A stretch of 64,000 bases of DNA from Verrucomicrobiota bacterium (lineage in GTDB: Bacteria > Verrucomicrobiota > Verrucomicrobiia > Limisphaerales > AAA164-E04). The stretch spans positions 3,445,746 to 3,509,745 of the forward strand of contig CP170459.1 in NCBI GenBank assembly GCA_047947115.1, given 5' to 3'. Below the pieces are notes generated by a model. The model was not told the origin of the DNA and did not search any database. It was given only the letters and a program-made list of their open reading frames with translations. Below are positions 10,154 through 20,777 of the stretch, piece by piece. The stretch's first letter is position 1. Every line of letters begins with the position of its first letter. A program made the translations under genes and the position numbers.

Positions 10154-10438
10154 GTGATTTTTTGTCGGAGACCGATCGGTCGATTGCGTTGGCTCAGGCC
10201 ATTGTTCACGCGAGCGATGTCACGGAAGCTGGCGGCCATTCAAGTTGAGGTGTGTCGGGTACAGGATGTTTCATTTCTCAAGTGCCAATACTCGATCGCC
10301 AGCTCGAGAAACGAAGTTCCCCGCTGGAAGCGACAGTGCTCCGGCCCGTTTGGCACGGGTGGATACAATGGACCTTCTGGTCAGTTTGGATTCAGATGGC
10401 GGTTTCTCTGAAAACATATGTCTTCTGTGGCGCGTGGA

Positions 10439-11770
10439 TTATTGTAACTTGAAACTGAAGGTTTTTTTCTCACCGTTGCGGATGATTTTGATTTGGACCT
10501 CTGTTCCGATGGGGCGATTTCGCAGCACATGAGCGAATATTTCAGTTTCGCGCATGGACGTTGAAATGCCGTCGAATTCGATCAGAATATCTCCTGGTTT
10601 CAATCCCGCGCGATGGGCAACGCCGTGGTCGCCATATTTGCCGGTGTGTTCCACCAGCAGAGCCAGTTTGTCGGGGGGCAGTTCATGCGCTTTGATTTCT
10701 TCATCGGTCATGTTGCGCATTTTCAATCCTCCTGCAGCCATGCGGCGAAGGTCCCAACTGGTCGTGCGCCATCCGATATCCGACGTCCTGCGCCAACCTT
10801 TGGTGATGGGCAGTGTCAGCTCTATCTGCTCGTTTCCGCGCTGTGCCACAACTCGAATCGTGGACGGTTCCTTTGCTTGGTGAATGACCCATTGCACGTC
10901 GGCAATGGACAGAATGGGTTGGCCCTCCATTTTCAGGATGACGTCGCCAGCCTTGAAACCCGAATGATCCGCTGCCGAACCCGGAATCACCTTGTCCACC
11001 TTGGCAATTTCTTTGGGGTCCAAATTGATGCCAAGAACATCCGGCATGGGCCAGGGGTAGATGGTTTTGTCATCTACATTGGTTCCCTTGGAACGAGCGA
11101 ATCGCCGGTTGGCTTCGCCAACCATGTGGCAGTGGATGCAGCTTGCGGCCACCTTGCCATCGAAATCCAGCCAAGGTTGAAAACGTCCTTCGAGGTGAGG
11201 GAACTCCTGGGGTATCTTGAACTCGCTGAACGGAGCCGTTTTTCCCGCCAGGGAAGCCTTGTTGGCAGGGTAAGCCTTGTGAAGGTCCAAGGCCCTTTGC
11301 ATGGCCTTGGCAAAACCTTCGATCGAGATGTCCCGTTCCGCCTCTTTCTGGCTGGATCGTGTTCCGTATCGGCCATACAGCGTTTTGTCGGCGTTCATGA
11401 AAAATGCGGCAAAGGTGAGGTCGTAATCAAAGTGAAACAAATTCAAATCGACGGAATTACATTGGATCAGGCGCACTCGCACGAATTGATCCATCCATTC
11501 CTTCAATTCCTCTTCCAAACGGACAACCTGCCCGTCAAATCCGGCGCAAGCCGTTCAAGGAATACAACGAAACGTGACCAGCAATGGTTTGCCGTCCCGT
11601 TTGGCCTCGGCAATGGCCAGGTCCAGGTTGTTGTAGATCCAGAGACCCGTGGATTCGACTGTGCTTTTGTCGTTGCGAACCTTTTCGTCGCGGTTTTCCG
11701 CGGCTCCGGAAGAAAGCTTGCTTCCGAGCAACAAGCACCCGCAGATAAGTGTGAACAATGATGTTTTCAT
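10439..11770 (-). CDS. Secreted thioredoxin-fold / CxxCH / double-PDZ protein with in-frame UGA (candidate selenocysteine in a CIPUTAC motif)
   Basis: Track ORFs 11555..11815 and 10439..11518 are in the same frame, separated only by TGA (11557..11555) plus 12 open codons. Joined reading: ...AEAKRDGKPLLVTFRCIP-U-TACAGFDGQVVRLEEELKEWMDQF... Signal peptide MKTSLFTLICGCLLLGS (start trimmed to ATG 11770). Later a SCIHCH (CxxCH) motif and two PDZ-like segments (GSAADHSGFKAGDVILKMEG; AHRAGLKPGDILIEFDG). Confidence 0.65.
11519..11535 (-). promoter_or_regulatory. Candidate bacterial SECIS hairpin for the UGA at 11557..11555
   Basis: RNA ACGGGC-AGGUU-GUCCGU (6 bp including one G-U, 5 nt loop with GGU); the loop starts 25 nt 3' of the UGA. 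An alternative fold CUUGC(G)CC-GGAUUUGAC-GGGCAGG starts 4 nt after the UGA. Folded by eye only. Confidence 0.4.
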
Positions 11771-11906
11771 GTTGGATGTGTAGCGTATGATGCTCCTTCC
11801 CGATGTAATGCGCAATGTGAAAATTTATGGGGCGAATGCCGTTTTATCTGGCTAGAAACGTGAATCGCCCACATGGTGTTGACCGCTGATTGTTCCTGGA
11901 AAGTAA

Positions 11907-12935
11907 ATGCAAGCTCCGGATAGAATGGAATCACATCAACACATTCCCAAACAAATGCTGGAAAGAAGAAGCCTCTTGGTGAAGGCTGATTCCACCAACG
12001 CCTATCGTCTCGTTCACGGAGTGGCTGATGGCATGCCGGGGTTGTTCCTGGATCGGTTTGGGGATGCCCTGCTTGCGTCCAAAGAAGGCCGTCTTCAAGC
12101 AAAGGAAGAGGCCCTGTGTCTGGATTGGTTTCATCTGCTTGGATCCGGGCACCTTTACTTGAAGAATCTGGATCGTCAGGTTCGGAAGTCCAATATTGAG
12201 CATGCTTCCCCCGAACGATGGAAAGGCGAAACGCAAGATCCCGCGAATCAAGTTCGGGAAAACGGGATTCGTTATGCCGTTCGGTTTGATGAAGGTTATT
12301 CGGTTGGAATCTTTCTGGATCAAAGAGAAAATCGACAGCGGTGCCTGCGGGGGAAGGTGACGAAAGGGTTTGAACTTCGCCCGCGGCAACAGTCAGCGGG
12401 GGAGGTTTTGAATACGTTTTCCTACACCTGTGCATTTTCCGTGTGTGTCGCTAAGGCGGGTATGCGAGCGGTGAGCCTGGATCTTTCTAAAAAATACCTG
12501 GATTGGGGCAGGGCCAATTTTCAACTCAATGACATGAACCCCGATGACCATGATTTCATTTATGGCGATGTGTTCGACTGGATGCGTCGGTTCAGGAACC
12601 GGGGCAGAAAATTTGCCGGGATCATTTTGGATCCCCCCACTTTTTCAAAAGCACCCAAGACGGGTAAAACATGGAAAGCAGAGCGGGATTATCCTGAGTT
12701 GCTGGCGATGGCGTTGGATTTGATGGAACCCGGCGGATGGATTTTGGCCTGTAACAACACGGTTGGCTGGAGCGTGGATCGGTTTGAATCATCTGTCCGA
12801 GAATGTTTGGCGGCTCGCAGAGTGGATGTCGGTCGCTTTTACTCCGCGAGGCAGGGAGTGGATTTTCCGGTGACCGCGAAATCACCTCAATATTTGAAAT
12901 CTGTCTGGATTCAGGTAGAACAGGTGCCACGATGA
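11907..12935 (+). CDS. Class I SAM-dependent rRNA methyltransferase (RlmI/RlmK-like)
   Basis: NAYRLVHGVADGMPGLFLDRFGD..., VLNTFSYTCAFSV, SLDLSKKYLDWG and IILDPPTFSK match the RlmI-type organisation. The exact start is uncertain (alternative Met 6 codons in). Confidence 0.65.
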   Translation: MQAPDRMESHQHIPKQMLERRSLLVKADSTNAYRLVHGVADGMPGLFLDRFGDALLASKEGRLQAKEEALCLDWFHLLGSGHLYLKNLDRQVRKSNIEHASPERWKGETQDPANQVRENGIRYAVRFDEGYSVGIFLDQRENRQRCLRGKVTKGFELRPRQQSAGEVLNTFSYTCAFSVCVAKAGMRAVSLDLSKKYLDWGRANFQLNDMNPDDHDFIYGDVFDWMRRFRNRGRKFAGIILDPPTFSKAPKTGKTWKAERDYPELLAMALDLMEPGGWILACNNTVGWSVDRFESSVRECLAARRVDVGRFYSARQGVDFPVTAKSPQYLKSVWIQVEQVPR

Positions 12936-13963
12936 TTCCCGAACTATTTGAAAACGAAACTCAGTTGCTTGAGCATTTTACCACACCGGATGCGAGTTTG
13001 GGTAATGTGGCCCGCTCGATTGATGGCCCCTTGGTGGTACTGGGCGCCGGTGGGAAAATGGGACCGACCCTTTGTGTGCTGGCCAAACGTGCGATGGAGG
13101 AGGCCGGGGTGGATCATCCGGTGATTGCCGTCAGCCGGTTTTCGAATCCAAACGAACGTGCCTGGCTCGAGGGTCAGGGTGTTTCCACCCATACGGCGGA
13201 CCTACTGGATCCAAAAATTTATGCTTCTCTTCCCGATGCTCACAACGTGATTTATCTTGTCGGGCTCAAGTTTGGTACCCAGCAGAATCCGGAACTTACC
13301 TGGGCTGTCAACACCGTGGTCCCCATGCAGGCTTGCCGTCGATATGCGGGTGCGCGGATGGTGGCGCTTTCCACTGGTAATGTTTACCCGATGAGCCAGG
13401 TGTCCAGCGGAGGTTCGGTTGAAACCGATCCACTGACGCCGCTGGGTGAATACGCCAATGCCGCTGTGGCGCGGGAGCGTGTGCTGAGATACGTGGCCGC
13501 TGAATCGGATGTGACACTGGCGATCATGCGACTTAACTATGCCCAGGACTTGCGATATGGTGTGTTGGTGGATCTGGCCACAAAAATCTGGAACAACGAA
13601 TCCGTTGATGTATCCATGGGATACTTCAACGCCATTTGGCAGAAAGACGCCAACATGGCCATCCTTCGCACACTGGATCTGGTTGCCAACCCCAAGAGTG
13701 TCTGGAATCTGACCGGTCCTGATGTGTTATCGGTTCGATCCGTTGCTCTAGCATTGGCAAAGGAGCTGGGGAGGGAATGTCAACTAAAGGGGGCCGAGGG
13801 TGAGACGGCGTTGTTGAGCAATGCTTCCGCGCTTTGGGCCCGTTTGGGTGCCGATCTGACTCCGGTATCGGATGTCATCCGGTGGCTTGCAGCCTGGGTA
13901 AAGAGTGGCGGGCGACTCTATGGCAAACCCACCAAATTTGAGGTCAGGGACGGACAATATTAG
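12932..13963 (+). CDS. NAD-dependent epimerase/dehydratase family protein
   Basis: Track ORF 12803..13963 trimmed to ATG 12932, which overlaps the upstream stop as ATGA (12932..12935). Rossmann motif VVLGAGGKMGPTL. Confidence 0.6.
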   Translation: MIPELFENETQLLEHFTTPDASLGNVARSIDGPLVVLGAGGKMGPTLCVLAKRAMEEAGVDHPVIAVSRFSNPNERAWLEGQGVSTHTADLLDPKIYASLPDAHNVIYLVGLKFGTQQNPELTWAVNTVVPMQACRRYAGARMVALSTGNVYPMSQVSSGGSVETDPLTPLGEYANAAVARERVLRYVAAESDVTLAIMRLNYAQDLRYGVLVDLATKIWNNESVDVSMGYFNAIWQKDANMAILRTLDLVANPKSVWNLTGPDVLSVRSVALALAKELGRECQLKGAEGETALLSNASALWARLGADLTPVSDVIRWLAAWVKSGGRLYGKPTKFEVRDGQY

Positions 13964-13986
13964 AATGCACGCACTGAATTCATCTC

Positions 13987-15060
13987 ATGTCTGATGTCCC
14001 GCAGATTCCATCATGGGTTCACGACAACCTTAAAAAGGGATTGGTCATTCCGGCTCATCCATTGGCATTGACCGAACAAGGGGCATGGGATGAGGCGGCG
14101 CAGCGGGCTTTGAGTCGCTATTATTTGGCAGCGGGAGCCGGAGGCCTGGCGGTCGGGGTGCATACGACTCAATTTGAAATCCGTGCCCCCGAACACCTGC
14201 TGCTGGAACCCGTGCTTCAACTGGCTGCCGAAACGGCAAAAGAAACAGACAGGGCTGCGGGCACACAGACTGTTTTGGTTGCTGGTATCTGCGGTCGCAC
14301 GGAGCAAGCCTTGACCGAAGCTCAATGGGCACAAAAACATGGTTACCATTTGGGGTTGTTGTCGCTGGCTGCATGGAGGGATGCTTCGGAAGCGGACATC
14401 CTTCAGCATTGTCGTGAGGTTGCCCGGGTAATGCCGCTGTTTGGCTTCTACTTGCAACCAGCGGTGGGGGGGCGCTTGCTCAGTCAGGCTTTTTGGAGGG
14501 AGTTCGCAGATATTCCAAATGTCTGCGCCATCAAAATCGCCCCTTTCAATCGTTACCAAACGCTGGATGTTATCCGGGCGGTTGCCGAGTCGGATCGTTG
14601 GCAGGATGTGGCGTTATACACGGGGAACGACGATCAGATTGTGGTGGATCTTTTGAGTCGCTGGAAGTTTCAGATCAATGGCGAAGAAAGGATTCTGGGG
14701 TTCAGCGGCGGTTTGTTGGGACATTGGGCTGTCTGGACCCATCAAGCGGTTCAAATGCTGGCCTCCATTCAAACCATCCGAACCAACACAGGCATACCTC
14801 AGGAATGGTTTGCGTTGGCAAATGAGGTGACGGAATCGAATGCTGCCTTGTTTGATGCGGCCAATGGGTTTCGAGGCTGTATCGCAGGAATTCAGCAGGT
14901 ATTGTTTGAGCAGGGCTTGCTGTCGAGCCCCAGATGTTTGAACCCGAATGAGAGAATGTCCCCAGGTCAGGCGGAATTGTTGGAAAAGGTCCGGAAGCAA
15001 TATCCGCATTTGGTGGATGACGCATTTGTGGCCCAGTACAAGGATGAATGGTTATCCTGA
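13987..15060 (+). CDS. TIM-barrel protein, dihydrodipicolinate synthase (DapA)-family-like
   Basis: 357 aa ORF. N-terminal GLVIPAHPLALT...RYYLAAGAGGLAVGVHTTQFEIR resembles proteins annotated as DapA-family as I remember them. Weak, recollection only. Confidence 0.4.
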   Translation: MSDVPQIPSWVHDNLKKGLVIPAHPLALTEQGAWDEAAQRALSRYYLAAGAGGLAVGVHTTQFEIRAPEHLLLEPVLQLAAETAKETDRAAGTQTVLVAGICGRTEQALTEAQWAQKHGYHLGLLSLAAWRDASEADILQHCREVARVMPLFGFYLQPAVGGRLLSQAFWREFADIPNVCAIKIAPFNRYQTLDVIRAVAESDRWQDVALYTGNDDQIVVDLLSRWKFQINGEERILGFSGGLLGHWAVWTHQAVQMLASIQTIRTNTGIPQEWFALANEVTESNAALFDAANGFRGCIAGIQQVLFEQGLLSSPRCLNPNERMSPGQAELLEKVRKQYPHLVDDAFVAQYKDEWLS

Positions 15061-15089
15061 GGGAAACATCTCAAACACCTGAGGGGCCA

Positions 15090-15215
15090 GCTCACGCTTG
15101 AACCCACTTCAAGTCCACTGCACGGGAGTAGTCATCAGGTTGCAATGGAACCGCGACCGGCGTGGGGCTCCCGGGCTTCCCGCGTTCCACCTCCGTTGCT
15201 CAGGCATGACGCAAG
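15090..15215 (+). repeat. Diverged solo copy of the 189 bp element that is tandemly arrayed at 54842..56115
   Basis: Shares GCTTGAACCCACTTC (15/15) and CCCGCGTTCC...GTTGCTCAGGC with the array unit. Block spacing is 83 nt versus 87 nt in the unit. Same orientation as the array on the + strand. Confidence 0.6.
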
Positions 15216-15337
15216 GCGGAAATTCAAGAACGAGACCCGCGTGCCGGATCATCTCTGCAAGTTTGAAATGTTGATCTTCGTTCTGGCTGATGCAAGCGGT
15301 TGCTTTTGGTTTACGGTTTTGTTAGTAATGGTCGGCA

Positions 15338-16945
15338 GTGAATCATCCACAACAAAGGGCATCGATCCCGGATAAATTGCAGGCTTCTGGAGGCTTGTCG
15401 GAAGGGGTGGCAGCAAAAGTCCACCAGGACACTGCCATTCCGGAGGCTGAAGTCTTCGGTGTCGGCAGTTTTTTTCATCTGTTGGCCGAACCGGATGTCA
15501 AAGTCCGCGTCTGCAACGGGCTCGCCTGTCGCATGGCGGGTGCCGATGATGTCTTGAAAGCTGCCGAATCCGCCGTACTTCCCGTGAAAGCATGTTCCTG
15601 TCTGGCTGCGTGTGATCAGGCTCCGGCTGCATTGCGTGATCGAAGTGTGCTTTACCGTATTTCCAAATCCCACATCGATGCGTGTGGTGGCGATTGGAAG
15701 GCGTTGGTCACGGACGCCACCAAAGCCGATCCTGAATTTCGGGGCATTGTTGGTCCGAGCGGTGCCGATCCGGATCAACGCGCCATCGATTTGTTGGGAG
15801 AAGCCGATTATACGGGACAGGCATTTGCCAAAGCCTGTGAGTCGGGTGCTGAGAAAGTCATCGAAGCCATTGACGGATCAGGACTTCAAGGACGTGGTGG
15901 AGCTGGATTTCCAGCCGGTTTCAAATGGAAGAGCGTGCGCGGGCAGGCTGAGCCGGTTCGGTATGTCGTGCTGAATGCCGATGAAGGTGAACCCGGAACA
16001 TTCAAGGACCGTGAGGTGTTATTACGGCGTCCGGACAAGGTCCTTGAAGGATTGGCCATCGCGGCCTGGACGGTCGGGGCCAAGGAGGTCTATTGCTATT
16101 TGCGGGGAGAGTTTGAAGGTCCCTGGAGAGTGTTAAGCGCGGCGGTGCAACGCGTTGAAGAAGCGGGATTGTTTCCTGGTATTCGATTTCATTTACACGC
16201 AGGTCAGGGAGCATATATTTGCGGGGAAGAGACGGCATTGCTGGAAGCGCTGGAAGGAAAACGTGGACTCCCCCGGCTCAAACCTCCTTTTCCCACCGAG
16301 CAGGGATTGTGGGGCAAGCCAACCCTGATCCACAACGTCGAAACCATCGCCTGTGTTCCGTCCATCATTCAGCGCGGTGGAGATTGGTTCAAGCAACTCG
16401 GGCGCACCGGCGCCGGCAGCAAACTTTACTGTGTGAGTGGTCACGTGAAACATCCCGGCGTGTATGAAATGCCGTTGGGAGTGACCTTGGACGAATTGGT
16501 GGAGGAGGCCGGAGGTTATGAAGGAACCTTGAAATCATTTTCCCCGGGCGGCGCCAGCTCAGGCTTTCTGCCTGCGTCTGAGCGGACACGGCCATTGGAT
16601 TTCAAGACCCTTTCGGAGGTCGGATCGATGCTGGGATCGGCGGGGGTGACCGTTTTGAATGACACCGTCAACATGGCCTGGGCTGCCCAATCACAGTTGA
16701 TCTTTTATGAAGCGGAGAGTTGCGGGCAGTGTGCGCCCTGCAGAATCGGAACCCGGTTTCTGCGCGAAAACCTGGACAAGCATCTGGCTCGTTCCAAAGA
16801 TGCACAGAGCCCCGATCTGCAGCCACTCGAACACGTGGCCGATGCCGCCTGGGAAATGAACGAAGGTTCCATTTGTGGTTTGGGGCAGATCGCCGCGTTG
16901 CCGCTCACCAGTGCCATGAAATATTTTCCTGAAGACTTTGAATGA
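15338..16945 (+). CDS. fdsB: NAD-dependent formate dehydrogenase beta subunit (fused NuoE-like 2Fe-2S + NuoF-like FMN/NAD/4Fe-4S)
   Basis: VRVCNGLACRMAG (NuoE-like), GLQGRGGAGFPAGFKWKSV (NuoF FMN site), ESCGQCAPCRIGT (4Fe-4S). It lies immediately upstream of the FDH alpha subunit. Start codon uncertain. Confidence 0.8.
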   Translation: MNHPQQRASIPDKLQASGGLSEGVAAKVHQDTAIPEAEVFGVGSFFHLLAEPDVKVRVCNGLACRMAGADDVLKAAESAVLPVKACSCLAACDQAPAALRDRSVLYRISKSHIDACGGDWKALVTDATKADPEFRGIVGPSGADPDQRAIDLLGEADYTGQAFAKACESGAEKVIEAIDGSGLQGRGGAGFPAGFKWKSVRGQAEPVRYVVLNADEGEPGTFKDREVLLRRPDKVLEGLAIAAWTVGAKEVYCYLRGEFEGPWRVLSAAVQRVEEAGLFPGIRFHLHAGQGAYICGEETALLEALEGKRGLPRLKPPFPTEQGLWGKPTLIHNVETIACVPSIIQRGGDWFKQLGRTGAGSKLYCVSGHVKHPGVYEMPLGVTLDELVEEAGGYEGTLKSFSPGGASSGFLPASERTRPLDFKTLSEVGSMLGSAGVTVLNDTVNMAWAAQSQLIFYEAESCGQCAPCRIGTRFLRENLDKHLARSKDAQSPDLQPLEHVADAAWEMNEGSICGLGQIAALPLTSAMKYFPEDFE

Positions 16946-16962
16946 ACATTTAGACGCAAGCC

Positions 16963-19695
16963 ATGACTGAAAATACAGCCATCCTGAATGGACATGAAAT
17001 CCGGTTTGAACCGGGGGATACCATTCTTACCGCCGCCGAACGCATGGGGGTCGACATACCGACCTTATGCCACGACCCTCGTCTCAAACCCGCCGGGGCT
17101 TGTCGTACCTGCCTGGTCGAAATTAAAAAGCGCCCCAAACTCGCGCCCGCCTGTGCCACAGCCTTGACGCCCGGGATGGAAATCGTCACGCACAATGAAC
17201 GTATCGAACGTCATGTGCGGACCTTGCTGGCCTTGTATCTCACCGACCATGCCGTCCACGGGGAAGCATCGATCGTCAGCGAGCAGGGTACGGGCAACAA
17301 ACTCATCGATTTGGCGCGGGCTTATGATGCGCCATTGGATTGGCCGTCGCTGGACAATATCCGTAAAGGCCGTCCTGAGGATGTGAATCCTTATGTGACG
17401 TTCCAGCCGGAAAAATGCATCGCCTGCGCGCGCTGCACCCGTTACTGCGCCGAGGTGGAAAGCGTCTCTGCCATCACCATGGCCGAACGCGGCAGTCGGA
17501 CCACGGTTTTTACCGCCGATGGAAGATCCTTGATGGACACCACCTGTGAACTGTGTGGGGGATGCATCGATACCTGTCCGACCGGTGCCATGACGGAAAA
17601 GAAACCTCTGCTCGCCCGGGTGGATTCCTCCAAAACACTGAAAAAGGTCCGCACAACCTGCAATTACTGTGGCGTAGGATGTCAGATGGATCTGAATGTC
17701 GATCCGGATGGCAATGAGGGACGCGGCAAAGTGGTCAAAGTCACGAGCCCGCCTCCAGGAACCACCACCAATGACGGCAACCTGTGTGTGAAGGGGAGAT
17801 TTGCCTACGATTTCATTGATCACAACGAACGCCTCACGACGCCTCTTGTGCGCGGGGAAGACGGTAAATTGCACGAAGCCACTTGGGATGAAGCTTATCG
17901 CAGGGCGGCAGAAGGATTGATCAAGGTGTCCACTCAGCATGGACCGAATGCCCTGGGTTTTGTTTCCTCTTCCCGGTGTACGATGGAGGAAAATTACCTG
18001 ATGCAGAAAATGTCCAGGGCGGTGTTCCACACGAACAACGTCCATCAGTGCGCGGCGACGTGACACGCTCCCACAGTGGCCGGTCTGGTCACTACCTTTG
18101 GTGCGGGTGCGATGACAAACTCGATTAATGAGATCCGAGGAGCAGATTTTCTGTTCGTGATCGGCAGCAACACGACCGAGGCTCATCCCATCATTGCGAT
18201 GGAAATGAAGCGAGCGGTGCATCGTGGCGCGAAGCTGGTGGTGGCGGATCCGAGATCGATTGATCTGACACGACTTGCTCATCGTCATCTCAAACTGACG
18301 CCAGGAACGGACGTCTGGTTGTTGAACGCCATGGCGCATGTGATCCTGGTGGAAGATCTCATTGATCCGGTTTTCATTGAGCAACACACCGAAAATTTCG
18401 AAGCCATGAGGGAAGAGGCTTTGAAATATCCTCCCGAAGAAGCGGAAAAAGTGACCGGCGTGCCTGCCGAGGACATCCGTGCGACGGCGCGTGAATACGC
18501 AACAACAGACAAGGCCGGGATCTATTACACGCTTGGCATCACGGAACACACCCATGGTACGGACAACGTCTACTGCCTGGCCAACCTGGTGCTCATGACC
18601 GGACATTTGGGAAAACCTTCCTCCGGTATGAATCCGTTGCGTGGGCAGAACAATGTTCAGGGTGCGAATGATGCGGGTGCCACACCTATTTTTTATCCGG
18701 GTTATCAACGTGTGGATGATCCGGAAGTGCAGGCCAAGTATGAGGCTGCGTGGGGAACCGAGCTTTCGCCCGAACCGGGATTGAATCTTAATGTCATGAT
18801 GAAAACCCTGGGCAAGGGCATCAAGGGGATGCTGGTCATGGGCGAGGACATCGTCATGTCCGAACCCAATACCGCCAAGCTCGAAGCGGGTTTGAACAAC
18901 ATGGAATTTCTGGTGGTACAGGACATCTTTCTGAACGAAACAGCACGTTTTGCAGATGTTGTTTTTCCTGCTTCTTGCTTCGCCGAAAAAGACGGCACCT
19001 TCACCAATTCCGAACGACGAGTTCAGCGTGTCCGTAAAGCGGTGGAACCACCAGGGGAAGCCAAGGCCGATTGGTCGATTCTGCAAAATCTTGCCAACGC
19101 ATGTGGCGCGGGGTGGAATTACCGTCATCCGTCTGAAATCTATGCCGAACTGGCACGCTATGCTCCACGGTTCAGTGGGATCAGTCATGATCGCATCGAG
19201 AAGGAGGGTGGGATTCAATGGCCTTGTCCAGATTCCTATCATCCTGGCACGACCTATCTTCACAAAGGCGGCGTGCTGAGGGGGAAGGGATTGTTTACGC
19301 CCGTCACTTATCGTCCTTCAGCTGAACTGCCAGATCAGGACTTTACCTTGATTTTGTCCACAGGGCGCACGCTGTATCACTACAATGCTGCGACCCAGAC
19401 ACGCAGGGAGCCTGGACCTCATGGTAAACAACCGGAAGCATTTGTTCAGATTCATCCAAAGGATGCGGGGCGTCGTTCCATTGAACATGGGGCGAGTGTG
19501 GAAGTGAGATCCAGGCGCGGGACCATTCAGGCAAAAGCTGTCGTGACACGGGATGTGCGTCGCGGATGTGTCTGGATGCCTTTTCATTTTGCCGAAGCCA
19601 AGGCCAATACCCTGACCAATGATGTCGGGGATGTGATTACCGGGACGGCCGAATACAAGGTCTGTGCCGTGGAAGTGGCGGCGGTCCATGTGTGA
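16963..19695 (+). CDS. fdhA: Formate dehydrogenase alpha subunit (NuoG-like Fe-S N-terminus + molybdopterin domain), selenocysteine-containing (UGA 18061..18063)
   Basis: Track ORFs 16963..18063 and 18076..19695 are in one frame. The junction reads TNNVHQCAAT-U-HAPTVAGLVTTFGAGAMTNS, the conserved FDH active-site context (compare E. coli FdhF ...CARVUHGPSVAGL). N-terminal 2Fe-2S/4Fe-4S Cys clusters; C-terminal molydopterin dinucleotide-binding region. Confidence 0.9.
18075..18093 (+). promoter_or_regulatory. SECIS hairpin of fdhA
   Basis: AGUGGCC-GGUCU-GGUCACU: 7 bp stem (one G-U) with GGUCU apical loop starting 18 nt after the UGA. This closely resembles the E. coli fdhF SECIS apical GGUC loop. 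Confidence 0.75.
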
Positions 19696-19991
19696 GCCTT
19701 CCAAGGGAATGATTTTTTGGACTGCGGTGGTCACGACACCGTTCTGGATGCTTTAGGAAACGTAATCGTTCCCGACTGCTTGTCTCATACCATTGCCTCT
19801 TGACGGAAGTTTTTCATCTGAAAACCTACGCTTTTGGCAATTGAAGTTGGCCAGGGTATGCGGACCGTATTCAGAGCGGTGATGTTGTTTGACGCAGATT
19901 GGAGTGCGTGCAGTTGCATGGGTGCAGTGATTTTTGGTGCTTGTTCCGCCGGGCTTTTAGCCGTAAACTCTAGTCCAACTCCCAATCACTC

Positions 19992-20693
19992 ATGAAACGA
20001 AAACAGGCATTTACTTTGATTGAACTTCTCGTTGTGGTGGCCATTATTGCCATCCTGGCCTCCATGCTTTTACCCGCTCTGGCCGGGGCCAAAGTTTCAG
20101 CGAGAAAGGTGCTCTGCATGAATAATCAAAAGCAGATTTCGCTGGCAACCATCATGTATGGGGACGATTTCAACGGTTACTTTCCGCCTGCGACCAATTC
20201 GGACCATACGGACTGGATCAAGAATATGATTCGGGCCGGCTATTTCGAAAGCTTGAAATCGTTTGAAGATCCCGCCGAACACGAGGGCCCCCATGATCAT
20301 TCAAAATTGCGAAAGGTCACTATGCGAATGGATAATGGTGAGCGCGAGGAATTCACCGCATCCTACGGAATCAACGAGCGATTGGCAGGACCGAATGGTG
20401 TGAAGATGCCCAAATTTCAAACCGTTCCGGAGCCGACTTCCAATTTCTTTTTTGGATGTTCGACCTATTTTATCGCGCCCGACTGGGATCATGAGCGTGT
20501 TTACAATGCCGGTGGACCGCATCCGATTGGTTCGACCATCAACCCTCCCCAGAAAGAGTATGCCCGGCATGGTTCAGGGAGTGGATCCAAACCCGGTAGC
20601 GTGATCACTTATGTGGACGGGCATTCCAATTTCGAAAGCCAGGAGTTCATTCAAAAGGACCTGCAATGGTTCCAGGGGGATTCTCGTCGGTAG
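19992..20693 (+). CDS. Prepilin-type N-terminal cleavage/methylation domain protein (pseudopilin-like, DUF1559/H-X9-DG class)
   Basis: [30 protein letters not shown] leader/methylation motif; C-terminal ...[12 protein letters not shown]. Confidence 0.85.
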   Translation: MKRKQAFTLIELLVVVAIIAILASMLLPALAGAKVSARKVLCMNNQKQISLATIMYGDDFNGYFPPATNSDHTDWIKNMIRAGYFESLKSFEDPAEHEGPHDHSKLRKVTMRMDNGEREEFTASYGINERLAGPNGVKMPKFQTVPEPTSNFFFGCSTYFIAPDWDHERVYNAGGPHPIGSTINPPQKEYARHGSGSGSKPGSVITYVDGHSNFESQEFIQKDLQWFQGDSRR

Positions 20694-20777
20694 TTCTTGA
20701 CAGGATCGACAGGATAACCCGGATGCATATTTGGCGTGGGATTACCTTTCGAGGATATGTGCCATGATGTGTCTTCC

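Noticed and set aside
10613-11761. 382-aa + strand ORF antisense to the thioredoxin-fold/PDZ gene
   Set aside because: Shadow ORF. The opposite strand carries recognisable PDZ, CxxCH and thioredoxin-fold motifs.
15061-15337. Possible Moco riboswitch upstream of the formate dehydrogenase genes
   Set aside because: I could not find the conserved Moco motif features. The conserved blocks instead match the 189 bp repeat family.
17065-19263. 732-aa minus-strand ORF antisense to fdhA
   Set aside because: It is a shadow ORF of a strongly supported FDH gene. Its sequence is Arg/Gly/His-rich and low-information with no motifs.
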